Shown: piece by piece, positions 47,071 through 55,725 of the stretch
Layout of the letters: each line of letters opens with the position of its first letter
Position numbering within the stretch: the stretch's first letter is position 1
Assembly (NCBI GenBank): GCA_017409825.1
Contig: JAFQRZ010000013.1
Location: 1,503-65,502 of the forward strand
Direction of reading: 5' to 3'
DNA length: 64,000 nt
Origin: Agathobacter sp.
GTDB lineage: Bacteria; Bacillota; Clostridia; Lachnospirales; Lachnospiraceae
Notes under the pieces: model-generated
Seen by the model: only the letters and a program-made list of their open reading frames with translations
Database searches by the model: none
What the model was told of the DNA's origin: nothing
Program-made: the position numbers and the translations under genes

Positions 47071-48546
47071 ATGGGAAAATTAGTTCAAAAGATAAAAGAC
47101 CTTATGCCTAGCAAGCGCAAATGGATTCAGTTATATACCGCATTGCTCTACAATGCAAATCTGAAAGGTTTCGTACAAGGCAGTATTTACAAAGGAAACT
47201 CCAAGATACTCTGTGCGCCAGGTATCAACTGCTACTCCTGTCCTGGTGCAGTAGCAGCCTGTCCGCTCGGTTCTTTACAAGGTGCTATCAGCTCTGACAA
47301 GAGCACACTTTGGTATGTTGGTGGCATTCTCCTACTGTATTCCATTTTATTCGGAAGAATGATTTGTGGATGGCTTTGTCCATTCGGTTTCATTCAGGAG
47401 CTTGTGTACAAAATCAAAACACCAAAGATGAAAAAGAACAAAGTGACACGATTGCTTTCATATCTAAAATACGTTATTCTCGTATTCTTCGTATTTATCG
47501 TACCGATTACTTACGCATTTCGTGACACTCCTCTTCCAGCCTTCTGCAAATACATTTGTCCAGCAGGCACATTAGAAGGTGGTATGATGCTTCTCTCAAA
47601 CAAAGTAAATGCCAGCTACTTCTCCATGTTGGGACCTATTTTTACTTGGAAATTCCTCCTCATGGTAAGTATCATGGTCGGATGTGTATTCATCTTCCGT
47701 TTATTCTGCCGTTTCCTTTGTCCGCTCGGTGCACTGTATGGATTGTTCAACAAGCTATCCTTCTTCGGTGTCAAAGTGGAAGAACATAAATGCGTCAACT
47801 GTAACCTTTGTGTCAACCATTGTAAGATGGATGTCAAAAAGGTCGGCGACCAGGAATGTATCAGTTGTGGCGAATGTATCAATGTCTGCCCAACCGATGC
47901 CATCCAATGGAAAGGCTCTGGGCTTCTTCGCAAGAATCATAGCATGGATGACCATCCAGAAGAAACCAAAAAAGCTCGCAATACCACGCGCGCGATTACT
48001 ACTATCGCAATGCTGGCATTACTTATCGGTGTCATCGCTTACTACTGGCAGACCACGCCAGACTATGTACAGCCGGCGGAAGGCAACCAGGTCGGCGATA
48101 CCTGCTACAGTTACGATTTGACCCGCGTTGACGGTACTGGCATTTTAGAAGGCACCACCATCAACCCTGTCGAAACTGGCAAAATCACCATCATCAACTT
48201 CTGGGGAACCTGGTGTACACCATGTGTCAACGAATTGCCATATTTCGACCAGATTGCAACCAACTACGCAGATGACGTAACTGTCATCGCTGTTCATACT
48301 GACATGATTGCAGACACTGCACCGGCCTATATCGCAGGACATTATCCAGATTCCAACATCCTTTTCGCAAAGGATGACCCTAGCGATGGTGGAACAGCAG
48401 AAGTTTACTACTCTGCTCTTGGTGGTCGCGACACCTACCCATACACCGTAGTTCTCGACGAACACGGCGTCATCGTAAAAATCTTCTTCGAAGCATTACA
48501 TTATGAAGATTTGGAAGCGGTAGTGGAACAGGAATTGGAAAAATAA
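47071..48546 (+). CDS. NapH/NosR-like membrane polyferredoxin fused to a C-terminal TlpA-type thioredoxin domain
   Basis: 491 aa. CYSCPGAVAACP. Three CX3CP motifs (CGWLCPFG, CKYICPAG, CRFLCPLG). CVNCNLCVNHC and CISCGECINVCP. Extra TM, then INFWGTWCTPC thioredoxin fold. Confidence 0.8.
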   Translation: MGKLVQKIKDLMPSKRKWIQLYTALLYNANLKGFVQGSIYKGNSKILCAPGINCYSCPGAVAACPLGSLQGAISSDKSTLWYVGGILLLYSILFGRMICGWLCPFGFIQELVYKIKTPKMKKNKVTRLLSYLKYVILVFFVFIVPITYAFRDTPLPAFCKYICPAGTLEGGMMLLSNKVNASYFSMLGPIFTWKFLLMVSIMVGCVFIFRLFCRFLCPLGALYGLFNKLSFFGVKVEEHKCVNCNLCVNHCKMDVKKVGDQECISCGECINVCPTDAIQWKGSGLLRKNHSMDDHPEETKKARNTTRAITTIAMLALLIGVIAYYWQTTPDYVQPAEGNQVGDTCYSYDLTRVDGTGILEGTTINPVETGKITIINFWGTWCTPCVNELPYFDQIATNYADDVTVIAVHTDMIADTAPAYIAGHYPDSNILFAKDDPSDGGTAEVYYSALGGRDTYPYTVVLDEHGVIVKIFFEALHYEDLEAVVEQELEK

Positions 48547-48556
48547 ATCGCATAAA

Positions 48557-48590
48557 AAATCCGCTGAGTTTTCTCAGCGGATTTCCTAAT
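48557..48590 (+). terminator. rho-independent terminator
   Basis: 12-bp stem aaatccgctgag (48557-48568) / ctcagcggattt (48573-48584), then a T-rich tail. Confidence 0.8.
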
Positions 48591-48624
48591 ATCTTAAAAT
48601 ATATTTTAATGGAGAATGAATCAC

Positions 48625-48951
48625 ATGAATAATGAACCAAAAGAAAGCTACGGAGCACGAATCAAGGACTTGAGAATTGAGATGGGAATGACCCAGAACC
48701 AGGTCGCAGAAGCCTTGAGTGTGACACCTGGATATATCTGTAATGTAGAGAACAATCGAACTGCTATGTCGCTCCGCATCCTCACCTACTTTGCGAAACT
48801 GACGGGCAAAACCATCGACGAACTCGTCGGGCAGCTCGAACCCGAATACCGCAATGATTCCCTCGACAACGCCCTTATGGAGCAAATTCGCCAGATGGAC
48901 GAAAAAACAAAGCAAAAGCTTTTGAATACCATTGAGTTGTGGAATGAGTAG
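48625..48951 (+). CDS. XRE-family helix-turn-helix transcriptional regulator
   Basis: IKDLRIEMGMTQNQVAEALSVTPGYICNVENNRT HTH. Start moved from 48616 to ATG 48625, because GGAGA abuts 48616 and sits 9 nt from 48625. Confidence 0.8.
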   Translation: MNNEPKESYGARIKDLRIEMGMTQNQVAEALSVTPGYICNVENNRTAMSLRILTYFAKLTGKTIDELVGQLEPEYRNDSLDNALMEQIRQMDEKTKQKLLNTIELWNE

Positions 48952-48957
48952 AAAACC

Positions 48958-48989
48958 AAATCCGTTAGGCTAAGCCTAGCGGATTTTTC
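48958..48989 (+). terminator. rho-independent terminator
   Basis: Stem aaatccgttaggc / gcctagcggattt (one G-U pair), followed by TTTT. Confidence 0.75.
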
Positions 48990-49094
48990 TGTTATAATAA
49001 GAAAAAAGTCGCGTATTGCATACTTCTATTTATTTAACAAATTCTATTGCTATACTTTTTGTACAATACAAATTATATTCAAAGGAGAAACTAT

Positions 49095-50276
49095 ATGACA
49101 AAAAGTAAAAAACTACAACGAGCCTTAAAAGAACCAATTTCTAGAAACGAAGCACTTCAAAGGATACAATCCGATCCAGAAGCATATTCCAAATTTATCG
49201 AGTTTCCAAATGAGCACCAAGAAAAAATCTTAGAATTTATTCAAGGCTCACGAGGTCTTCCCATCGTCTATGATCCATTCTTCAAAAAAATCTTCAATCC
49301 AATCGAAAAACCTGAACGATTGGAACGCTTTCTCTCCTGTCTTATGAATCAAAAGATTCAAATTATTAATGTCATTCCCCGTGAAGGAACGCAAATGATC
49401 GAGAAGGGCTCCTTTGTTGTAATGGACGTATTGGTCCAAACAGAGGATGGCAGTTACATCAATGTCGAAATGCAAAAATATGGATATAAATTCACTGGTG
49501 AGCGAAGCACTTGTTATATGTCCGACCTTGTCATGCGTCAGTATACAAAGATAAAAGCAGAAAAGGAAAAAGCCTTTTCTTTTAATGACATGAAACCAGT
49601 TTATCTTATCGTCCTAATGGAAGAAAGTAGCAAAAATTTCAAAAAAGTAGCACCTTCGTACATCCATCATGCCCAATACGTATGTGATACAGGAGCAGAA
49701 ATCAACTTCTTAGCAAACTATACCTATATCTCACTTGACATCTTTCATTCTGTAAGTCACAATATAAATAGTTACTTAGATGCATGGCTTACCTTCTTAA
49801 GTTCAGATTCGCCAGATGATATCATAAAACTCCTTGATGCTTATCCTGAATTCGAAGAATATTACCATGACATCGCCATTTTCCGCACAAAACCAAAGGA
49901 GTTGATGAACATGTATTCAGAAATTTTAGCACAAATGGATCGAAACACAGAACGTTTGATGATTGAAGAAAAACAACAGGAAATTGAAAAGCTATCCCTG
50001 GAAATCGAAGAAAAAAAACAAGAAATCAAAGAAAAAGCACAGGAAATTGAAGAAAAAACACAGGAAATCAAAGAAAAAGCACAGGAAATTGAAGAAAAAA
50101 CACAGGAAATTGAAGAAAAAACACAGGAAATTGAAGAAAAAACACAGGAAATTGAAGAAAAAACACAGGAAATTGAAAAACAGTCACTTGAAATCAAAAG
50201 TATTCACAAAGAGCTTTCTGAAAAAGATGCTTACATCAAGGAACTTGAAATGAAACTAGCACAAAAAAACGGATGA
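49095..50276 (+). CDS. PD-(D/E)XK nuclease family putative transposase (Rpn-like) with C-terminal heptad tandem repeats
   Basis: FVVMDVLVQTEDGSYINVEMQKYGY nuclease core. AAAGGAGA RBS before ATG 49095 (the track start 49047 is unsupported). C-terminal EEKTQEI repeats. Confidence 0.75.
   Translation: MTKSKKLQRALKEPISRNEALQRIQSDPEAYSKFIEFPNEHQEKILEFIQGSRGLPIVYDPFFKKIFNPIEKPERLERFLSCLMNQKIQIINVIPREGTQMIEKGSFVVMDVLVQTEDGSYINVEMQKYGYKFTGERSTCYMSDLVMRQYTKIKAEKEKAFSFNDMKPVYLIVLMEESSKNFKKVAPSYIHHAQYVCDTGAEINFLANYTYISLDIFHSVSHNINSYLDAWLTFLSSDSPDDIIKLLDAYPEFEEYYHDIAIFRTKPKELMNMYSEILAQMDRNTERLMIEEKQQEIEKLSLEIEEKKQEIKEKAQEIEEKTQEIKEKAQEIEEKTQEIEEKTQEIEEKTQEIEEKTQEIEKQSLEIKSIHKELSEKDAYIKELEMKLAQKNG
49965..50195. 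repeat. 11 x 21-bp in-frame tandem repeat (4 identical central units)
   Basis: Unit gaagaaaaaacacaggaaatt. Identical copies at 50091, 50112, 50133, 50154. Flanking units are degenerate and alternate with aaagaaaaagcacaggaaatt. Confidence 0.95.
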
Positions 50277-50298
50277 GACCTAAGTCTCATCCGTTTTA
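50266..50298. terminator. bidirectional rho-independent terminator between convergent genes
   Basis: 13-bp stem aaacggatgagac (50266-50278) / gtctcatccgttt (50283-50295). A-run upstream and T-run downstream. Overlaps the TGA stop at 50274-50276. Confidence 0.85.
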
Positions 50299-50326
50299 TT
50301 TTGTCATCTAATCTTCTATCCAAGAA

Positions 50327-53300
50327 TTAGAATTCTTTTTTTCTCATAACAACGCTACCAGCGATTGCAGCTGCACCAAGTGCAAGAACTGCGAACCAAA
50401 GAGCGAAGTTTGTTGAATCACCTGTCTGAGGAACATCAACGTCAACTTTTTCTGTTAAAAGAACGTAGTCTGAGCAGTGTTCCTGAGTAACACTTACTTT
50501 ACCATCAACTACTTTTGCATCACAGATGTATTTCAATGTACCATCTGCTAAAATCTGATGATAGTATAATGTTTCAATCTTCTTTTCAATGATTGATGCT
50601 GGAACTTCAATTGTAATAGCTGCTTTTCCAGGAAGCTTACCTTCATGTGAGAATTCTACTTTTAATACGAAGTTCTTGTCAGTAATCTTATCGTTCTTAG
50701 CTACTGTTTCGTCTTTTACATCTTCTACAACGTTTACAGTTAAGTTGAGTTCGATTTCATCGTTTTCTTTTAATTCGTTTGGATCGAATGTCATTGTAAC
50801 TTTATCACTTGTCGTAGGAAGTTCAAGTGGAGCTTCATCCTTGATAGCCTGTTCGATGTGTTCGTCTAAGTATTCTTTGTCAACTACTACATCTTTACCT
50901 TCTTCTGGAGTTGGAAGTGGAACAACAACTGTGTTGTCTGCTTCTTCATCTTCTGTTCCAGGAACATAGTAGCAAGCGAACATCCAAGCATCATCTTCTG
51001 TGAATCCAAGGAATCCATCTTCACCATACCAGCCAGCATAAGCACCAGCATTCTTTAAGATGGTTACTAAATCTGTTGTTAATGGATATAAACCATCTTT
51101 GTTTGCTGCTGCAACATATTCTAATACTGCATCATTGTAGTTAATCTTTGCAATGATTTCGCCATCTTCTGTGATGTATTCAACAATCTTTCCTAAACCA
51201 GCTGCATCTGCTAATGACATAATGCTATCATTTAAATCTACATAAAGGATAGGGCCATTTGCAGAATTTAAGTGGTAGAAACCATCTTTACCAAGAACAG
51301 CTGTATCAACTTCTGTATCTTCTACATCTACATATTCAAGACCTTCTAAAACAGTTTCGAATTTTTCTGGTGTTACAGTATTTTCATAAACTGTCCATTC
51401 TACTTCTTCTTTCACTTCTGCTGCTTTGTATGAAACAGTTACATCAACTTTTGTTGTTCCTTCAGCAGCAGTTAAACCTACTAAGAATGTCTGACCTACA
51501 GAAGTGCATTCAATACTTACTGTATTTGTAGCATTTTCTGTAATCTTGTTAGGGAATGATGGAGTATTCCAATTTTCTACCTTAACTCCTGTTGGAGCAG
51601 TAATTGTGTATGTACCTACTTTGTCAGGTGTTAATTCGAAAAGAGTTGTAACAACTGTAGTATCTAATGTAACTGAGCCTGTTACAATTGCTTCATATTT
51701 TCCAGCATCATTTGCATTTGTTGCTGGTTTTGTAGTTGGTTTTTCTTCTTCTTTTTCAGCACCTTCTTCAAATGTTGCTGTAAAATCAACGGTAGTGCTT
51801 GAGTAAGCCTTCACAACAATAACGTCACCTTTCTTAACTGCAGTAACATTTGTTGTTTTGTTTGTACCACGCTCTAATGGTTCACCATTCAATTCGTATG
51901 CATATACATTTTTGAAATTATCTGCATCTTCTTCACTAATTACAAGTGTTAACACACCATCAGCTGTAGCTGTGAATGTGTAGTAAATATTGTCATAATT
52001 ACATGTTGCTGTATATTTACCATTTGTAGTAATTTCAAATGGTTTTTCATAAGTTCCATCTGGAGCATTCGTTGAGCCACCTTCTCCACCTTCTGTTGTT
52101 GCTGGAGCTAATGAAACTCTATAATTCTGACTTGATTCTGTGTTATTTACAGCTACAAAATTAATTGTACTACTAGTTCTTGGAGAAACAACTTTTACCT
52201 TTGCTGTACCATTTGTATCTGCTGTTTCAATCATATTTGGATTCAAATCTTCATAAGTTCCAACTACAAAACCTGTAGCACCAACTACTGTCAAATCATA
52301 TTCGCCTGGAGTAGCTAAAACTGAGAAGTAATATGTTGCACCAGGAGCAACTGTAATAGTAGAAGCTGTACCATTAGTTGCAAGTGTAGTATTTGGTGCA
52401 TCCTCTGTACCAACTACTGGTGTTGGATCTGGATTAGGTGTTGTACCTGTACCAGTTCCTGATGTGAAAGCAAATGTCCAATTTACAGTACCTGCATACT
52501 GAGTATATGGATCCTCTGCATTATATGTGTTAATTTCAATATTAACAATTTCACCTGCTGCTACCGAAATACTTGTTGAAGCATTAATAGTTTCATCTCC
52601 AGAAGTATAACGTTCACCATAATTTCCAGCATCATAGTTGGCTACTAAATAATTCCAACCTGTTGTATTATTTTCTGTGTCCATTGTTACAGTCACAGTT
52701 CCGGCCTGAGTAGCTGTCCACTGATAATAATATCCTGTCTGTCCAGTAACAATTTCAGCTGTATTTTCACCAACTACTGGAGTTTCCTGAGAACCATAGG
52801 TTCCTGTTGCAACAGCATGAGCAAAATCAAGTTCAATTGCTGCATCCGAAGAGTTAATAATTGAATAACTATATTCAGGCTGACTAAAATATACCTTTAA
52901 AGCACCATTTACAGCAGAAAGATCAACGCCTGGATCCCACCACTGACCATTACCTGCAACATAGAATCTAAATGCATCAGTTGTCTCTCCAGTTACGTTA
53001 AGGATATATTCTCCTTCAAGTGCTGGTTTGCTTACGAAATACATTGTTGCACCTGCAGGAATCGTCTGCGTAACTTCTGATTCAACAACCACTGGATTTA
53101 ATTCTGTACCTACCGCCGGAGCGTCAATTGTTTCTGTTGTAATTTTATATGTAACAACTTCACCTTCTGGAGCATAAACCTGAACATAAACAGTCTGGTC
53201 TGGAGCAACATCTAAAGTCATTGATGAAGCATTTGCAGTCTCAGAAGAATAGTAATCCTGTCCTAAATACACTTCCCAATTTTCGCCCGTTTCAATTGTT

Positions 53301-54478
53301 ACTGTTACTCGAGTCCAATCTGTTGTGATAATTTCTGTATTATCTGGTGTATAAGAATTCTTAGCCTCAAATCCCTTAGAATCAGCAACACCATCTGCCG
53401 CAACAAAACCAAGCGTCCAGTTAACTGTACCTTCAACCATCGGTTGTGGCCAGCTCATTGAATTCTGATCAAAAGCTGTGCCAATCATAATATCCACAAC
53501 GTCTCCGGCACTTACAGTAAATGTTTCTGTTGCAACTATCTCATCATCATCACTCGTATGCTCATCACCATATTTAGATGCAGCAATATTATCTACTCTA
53601 TACAGCCAAGCATCTGTTTTTGTTGTATCAATAGCAACTGTAACCGTTCCTGCCTCTGGAGCAACCCATTGATAGTAATATCCTGAATATGCAGAATCAA
53701 TCTCTACTGTATTTTCACCAACATCTGGTGTATCAGGATAATTAGTGGTCGCACCAACAACACTATCAATAGTAAAGTTAAGCACAACATCGTTGGCTCC
53801 TGTATTAATTACTTGATACGAATAAGATGGATTATATTCGGTATCGATTGAAAAAATAGGACTCTTCAATGTTGCATCTACCGCATTAATTTCAGTAGCA
53901 GGATTCATCATTCCACTTCCTGGAATATAGAATTTGAAGCTATCTGACGCAGCACCACCTTCAATAGTTAATCTGTAGTCACCATTTGAATATGGCATAG
54001 TCTTAAAATACATTGTTGCACCAGCATCAATTGTAACTTCTTGATCCCAACTAACTTCCTTTGGGTTTAACTCAGACCCCTCTGCTGGAGCCTCAATTGT
54101 TTCTGTTGTAATACTGTATGTAACAGTTCCATTCTCAGCACCTACATACATCTGTACATATACTTCAGAATCTGGTGCTACATCATAAGTCTGTGTCGTT
54201 GCATCACTCGCAGAACTTGAATACTGAACACTACTCTGTCCTTGATTAATACAAAAATCCCAACCATCACTAGCACTTTCGATTGTAACTGTAATACGTG
54301 TCCAATCTGTTGTGGTAATTTCAGTATTATCTGGCGACCATGTATTCTCTGCTGTATATTCTTTTGAATCCACAACAGTTGTAACACCATCTTCAGCAAA
54401 TACTGTCATTGGTAAAAGTGATGCTACCATCATTACTACTAATGCTAAGCTCATCACTTTTTTCATGATTTTTTTCAT
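50327..54478 (-). CDS. sortase-anchored cell-wall surface protein with duplicated beta-sandwich modules
   Basis: 1383 aa. Signal peptide MKKIMKKVMSLALVVMMVASLLPMTVFA. C-terminal VPQTG (50420-50434) plus hydrophobic stretch plus RKKEF sorting signal. Confidence 0.85.
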   Translation of the reverse strand: MKKIMKKVMSLALVVMMVASLLPMTVFAEDGVTTVVDSKEYTAENTWSPDNTEITTTDWTRITVTIESASDGWDFCINQGQSSVQYSSSASDATTQTYDVAPDSEVYVQMYVGAENGTVTYSITTETIEAPAEGSELNPKEVSWDQEVTIDAGATMYFKTMPYSNGDYRLTIEGGAASDSFKFYIPGSGMMNPATEINAVDATLKSPIFSIDTEYNPSYSYQVINTGANDVVLNFTIDSVVGATTNYPDTPDVGENTVEIDSAYSGYYYQWVAPEAGTVTVAIDTTKTDAWLYRVDNIAASKYGDEHTSDDDEIVATETFTVSAGDVVDIMIGTAFDQNSMSWPQPMVEGTVNWTLGFVAADGVADSKGFEAKNSYTPDNTEIITTDWTRVTVTIETGENWEVYLGQDYYSSETANASSMTLDVAPDQTVYVQVYAPEGEVVTYKITTETIDAPAVGTELNPVVVESEVTQTIPAGATMYFVSKPALEGEYILNVTGETTDAFRFYVAGNGQWWDPGVDLSAVNGALKVYFSQPEYSYSIINSSDAAIELDFAHAVATGTYGSQETPVVGENTAEIVTGQTGYYYQWTATQAGTVTVTMDTENNTTGWNYLVANYDAGNYGERYTSGDETINASTSISVAAGEIVNIEINTYNAEDPYTQYAGTVNWTFAFTSGTGTGTTPNPDPTPVVGTEDAPNTTLATNGTASTITVAPGATYYFSVLATPGEYDLTVVGATGFVVGTYEDLNPNMIETADTNGTAKVKVVSPRTSSTINFVAVNNTESSQNYRVSLAPATTEGGEGGSTNAPDGTYEKPFEITTNGKYTATCNYDNIYYTFTATADGVLTLVISEEDADNFKNVYAYELNGEPLERGTNKTTNVTAVKKGDVIVVKAYSSTTVDFTATFEEGAEKEEEKPTTKPATNANDAGKYEAIVTGSVTLDTTVVTTLFELTPDKVGTYTITAPTGVKVENWNTPSFPNKITENATNTVSIECTSVGQTFLVGLTAAEGTTKVDVTVSYKAAEVKEEVEWTVYENTVTPEKFETVLEGLEYVDVEDTEVDTAVLGKDGFYHLNSANGPILYVDLNDSIMSLADAAGLGKIVEYITEDGEIIAKINYNDAVLEYVAAANKDGLYPLTTDLVTILKNAGAYAGWYGEDGFLGFTEDDAWMFACYYVPGTEDEEADNTVVVPLPTPEEGKDVVVDKEYLDEHIEQAIKDEAPLELPTTSDKVTMTFDPNELKENDEIELNLTVNVVEDVKDETVAKNDKITDKNFVLKVEFSHEGKLPGKAAITIEVPASIIEKKIETLYYHQILADGTLKYICDAKVVDGKVSVTQEHCSDYVLLTEKVDVDVPQTGDSTNFALWFAVLALGAAAIAGSVVMRKKEF
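52457..54370. repeat. tandem duplication of an approximately 310-330-aa coding module
   Basis: Residues 37-365 (53384-54370) and 366-674 (52457-53383) align end to end (e.g. PDNTEI(T/I)TTDWTR(I/V)TVTIE, GYYYQW, GTVNWT). Divergent at DNA level. Confidence 0.85.
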
Positions 54479-54715
54479 GATATTTTCCTCCTTTATCTTT
54501 TCATCACATAATCATTCGTATTTCTTATAAAACATCTTCGATTAGCAGGATTTCGTCAATGTTTTCATATAAACACTTTTCCATAATCACATGATAACAT
54601 TGACAATATAATAACACTTTTAAAAATTGTACGCAATAAAAAACATGAATTTTTTGTTAATTTTTTACCATATTATTCATAATTTGCACTTATACCATGC
54701 ATTTTCCACTAAAAT

Positions 54716-54743
54716 ACCCCATCCAACTTTCTTTGGATGGGGT
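54716..54743 (-). terminator. stem-loop / probable terminator after the decayed Rpn-like gene
   Basis: 11-bp stem accccatccaa / ttggatggggt, followed on the minus strand by AUUUUAGUGG. Confidence 0.5.
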
Positions 54744-54752
54744 AATGTCATT

Positions 54753-55395
54753 TTATCTATTCCCTCTACATTTCTTTACAACCTCTACCTCCGCTTCAAA
54801 CTTTTCTGTCATTGGTATATTAAATTCATTCTCTGTCTCTTTCTCATTTTTCCCAAGACAAACCATGATTACACTCACCAAGTCATAGTATTCTTCTATT
54901 TCTTTTACCTTACCGACATGATGTTTTTCTGTCAAGGAATATAGCTCGTTTGACAAGCGGATATCCTGGATGAAAGTCATTCTGAGCCTCTACATTAATA
55001 ATCATCTGTACCACTTCACTTGAATTTGGTACAATAGCACGAAACTTAATATCGTATGTAATACTACCTTCTGTCATCATAGCATCTTCCACGCCTGTAC
55101 CGGTAATTTTCGGTGAATTAGTTTCATCTGGCAATACTTTTGTCTCTGCCACCTCCGGCTTCCTCATCATACTTTTCTTTCTGCTGCACAATATCAATGC
55201 TCTGAATTCTACCAATTGGATAAACTCTTGAAACCGAGATATGATTCTTGATATCTGACAATACTCCTCTGTCAGACATGGACGCCTCCTGCATCTGACA
55301 CTATATGAGCTACACATAGCTTCTATAACAAAATCTAATTTTTGTTCAAAAATTTGTAGAGCCTCTACAAATTCTACTCCTCTGTTTTCGTGCAC
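54753..55395 (-). pseudogene. frameshifted/truncated PD-(D/E)XK (Rpn-like) nuclease gene
   Basis: ORF 54910-55395 contains ITYDIKFRAIVPNSSEVVQMIINVEAQNDFHPGYPLVKRAIF (nuclease core), then stops. The continuation (YDLVSVIMVCLG...) lies in another frame as ORF 54753-54980. The first 75 residues look non-genic. Confidence 0.65.
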
Positions 55396-55725
55396 CTCTT
55401 ACAAACTTTTGTTTCATTTTGGTTTTTCACTTGCAACTATATGGTATGCATGCTAGCATAGCCATACAAGCAGACAAAGCGATAAAACTGTACTGCACTT
55501 CGTTATACGAATCCGAAATTCATATATGATCCTAAAGTGCTGCAGTTTTAGAATCATATTCTTAATTAGAATCTACTCTATTTCCAGAGAAGCATTCCGA
55601 TTAAAACAATACAATTTATACACATCACATAAAAAGAGAATTTGCCCAAGCAGTGTCTGCTGATTCTTTTTGTATAATAGGTGTAACTAGTTCTATCGTG
55701 CTCCTTGGCAATAGAAAGGACTCAC

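Noticed and set aside
49047-49094. N-terminal extensions proposed by the ORF track. Also 55705-55725, 10442-10489, 28447-28491, 24880-24885, 48616-48624 and 12898-12906.
   Set aside because: In each case a downstream ATG has a properly spaced purine-rich RBS. The extension is either TTG/GTG-initiated, overlaps the upstream gene, or encodes implausible residues.
54910-55395. 161-aa ORF taken as an intact gene
   Set aside because: The nuclease-core similarity starts only at about residue 76. It ends prematurely, and the expected continuation is in another frame (54753-54980). It is called a pseudogene instead.
55441-55560. Short palindromes and imperfect inverted repeats (atgctagcat; aaactgtactgcactt / aagtgctgcagttt) considered as IS ends or a regulatory RNA
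   Set aside because: The pairing is imperfect, no matching partner flanks any rpn gene, and there are no direct target repeats. This is insufficient evidence.
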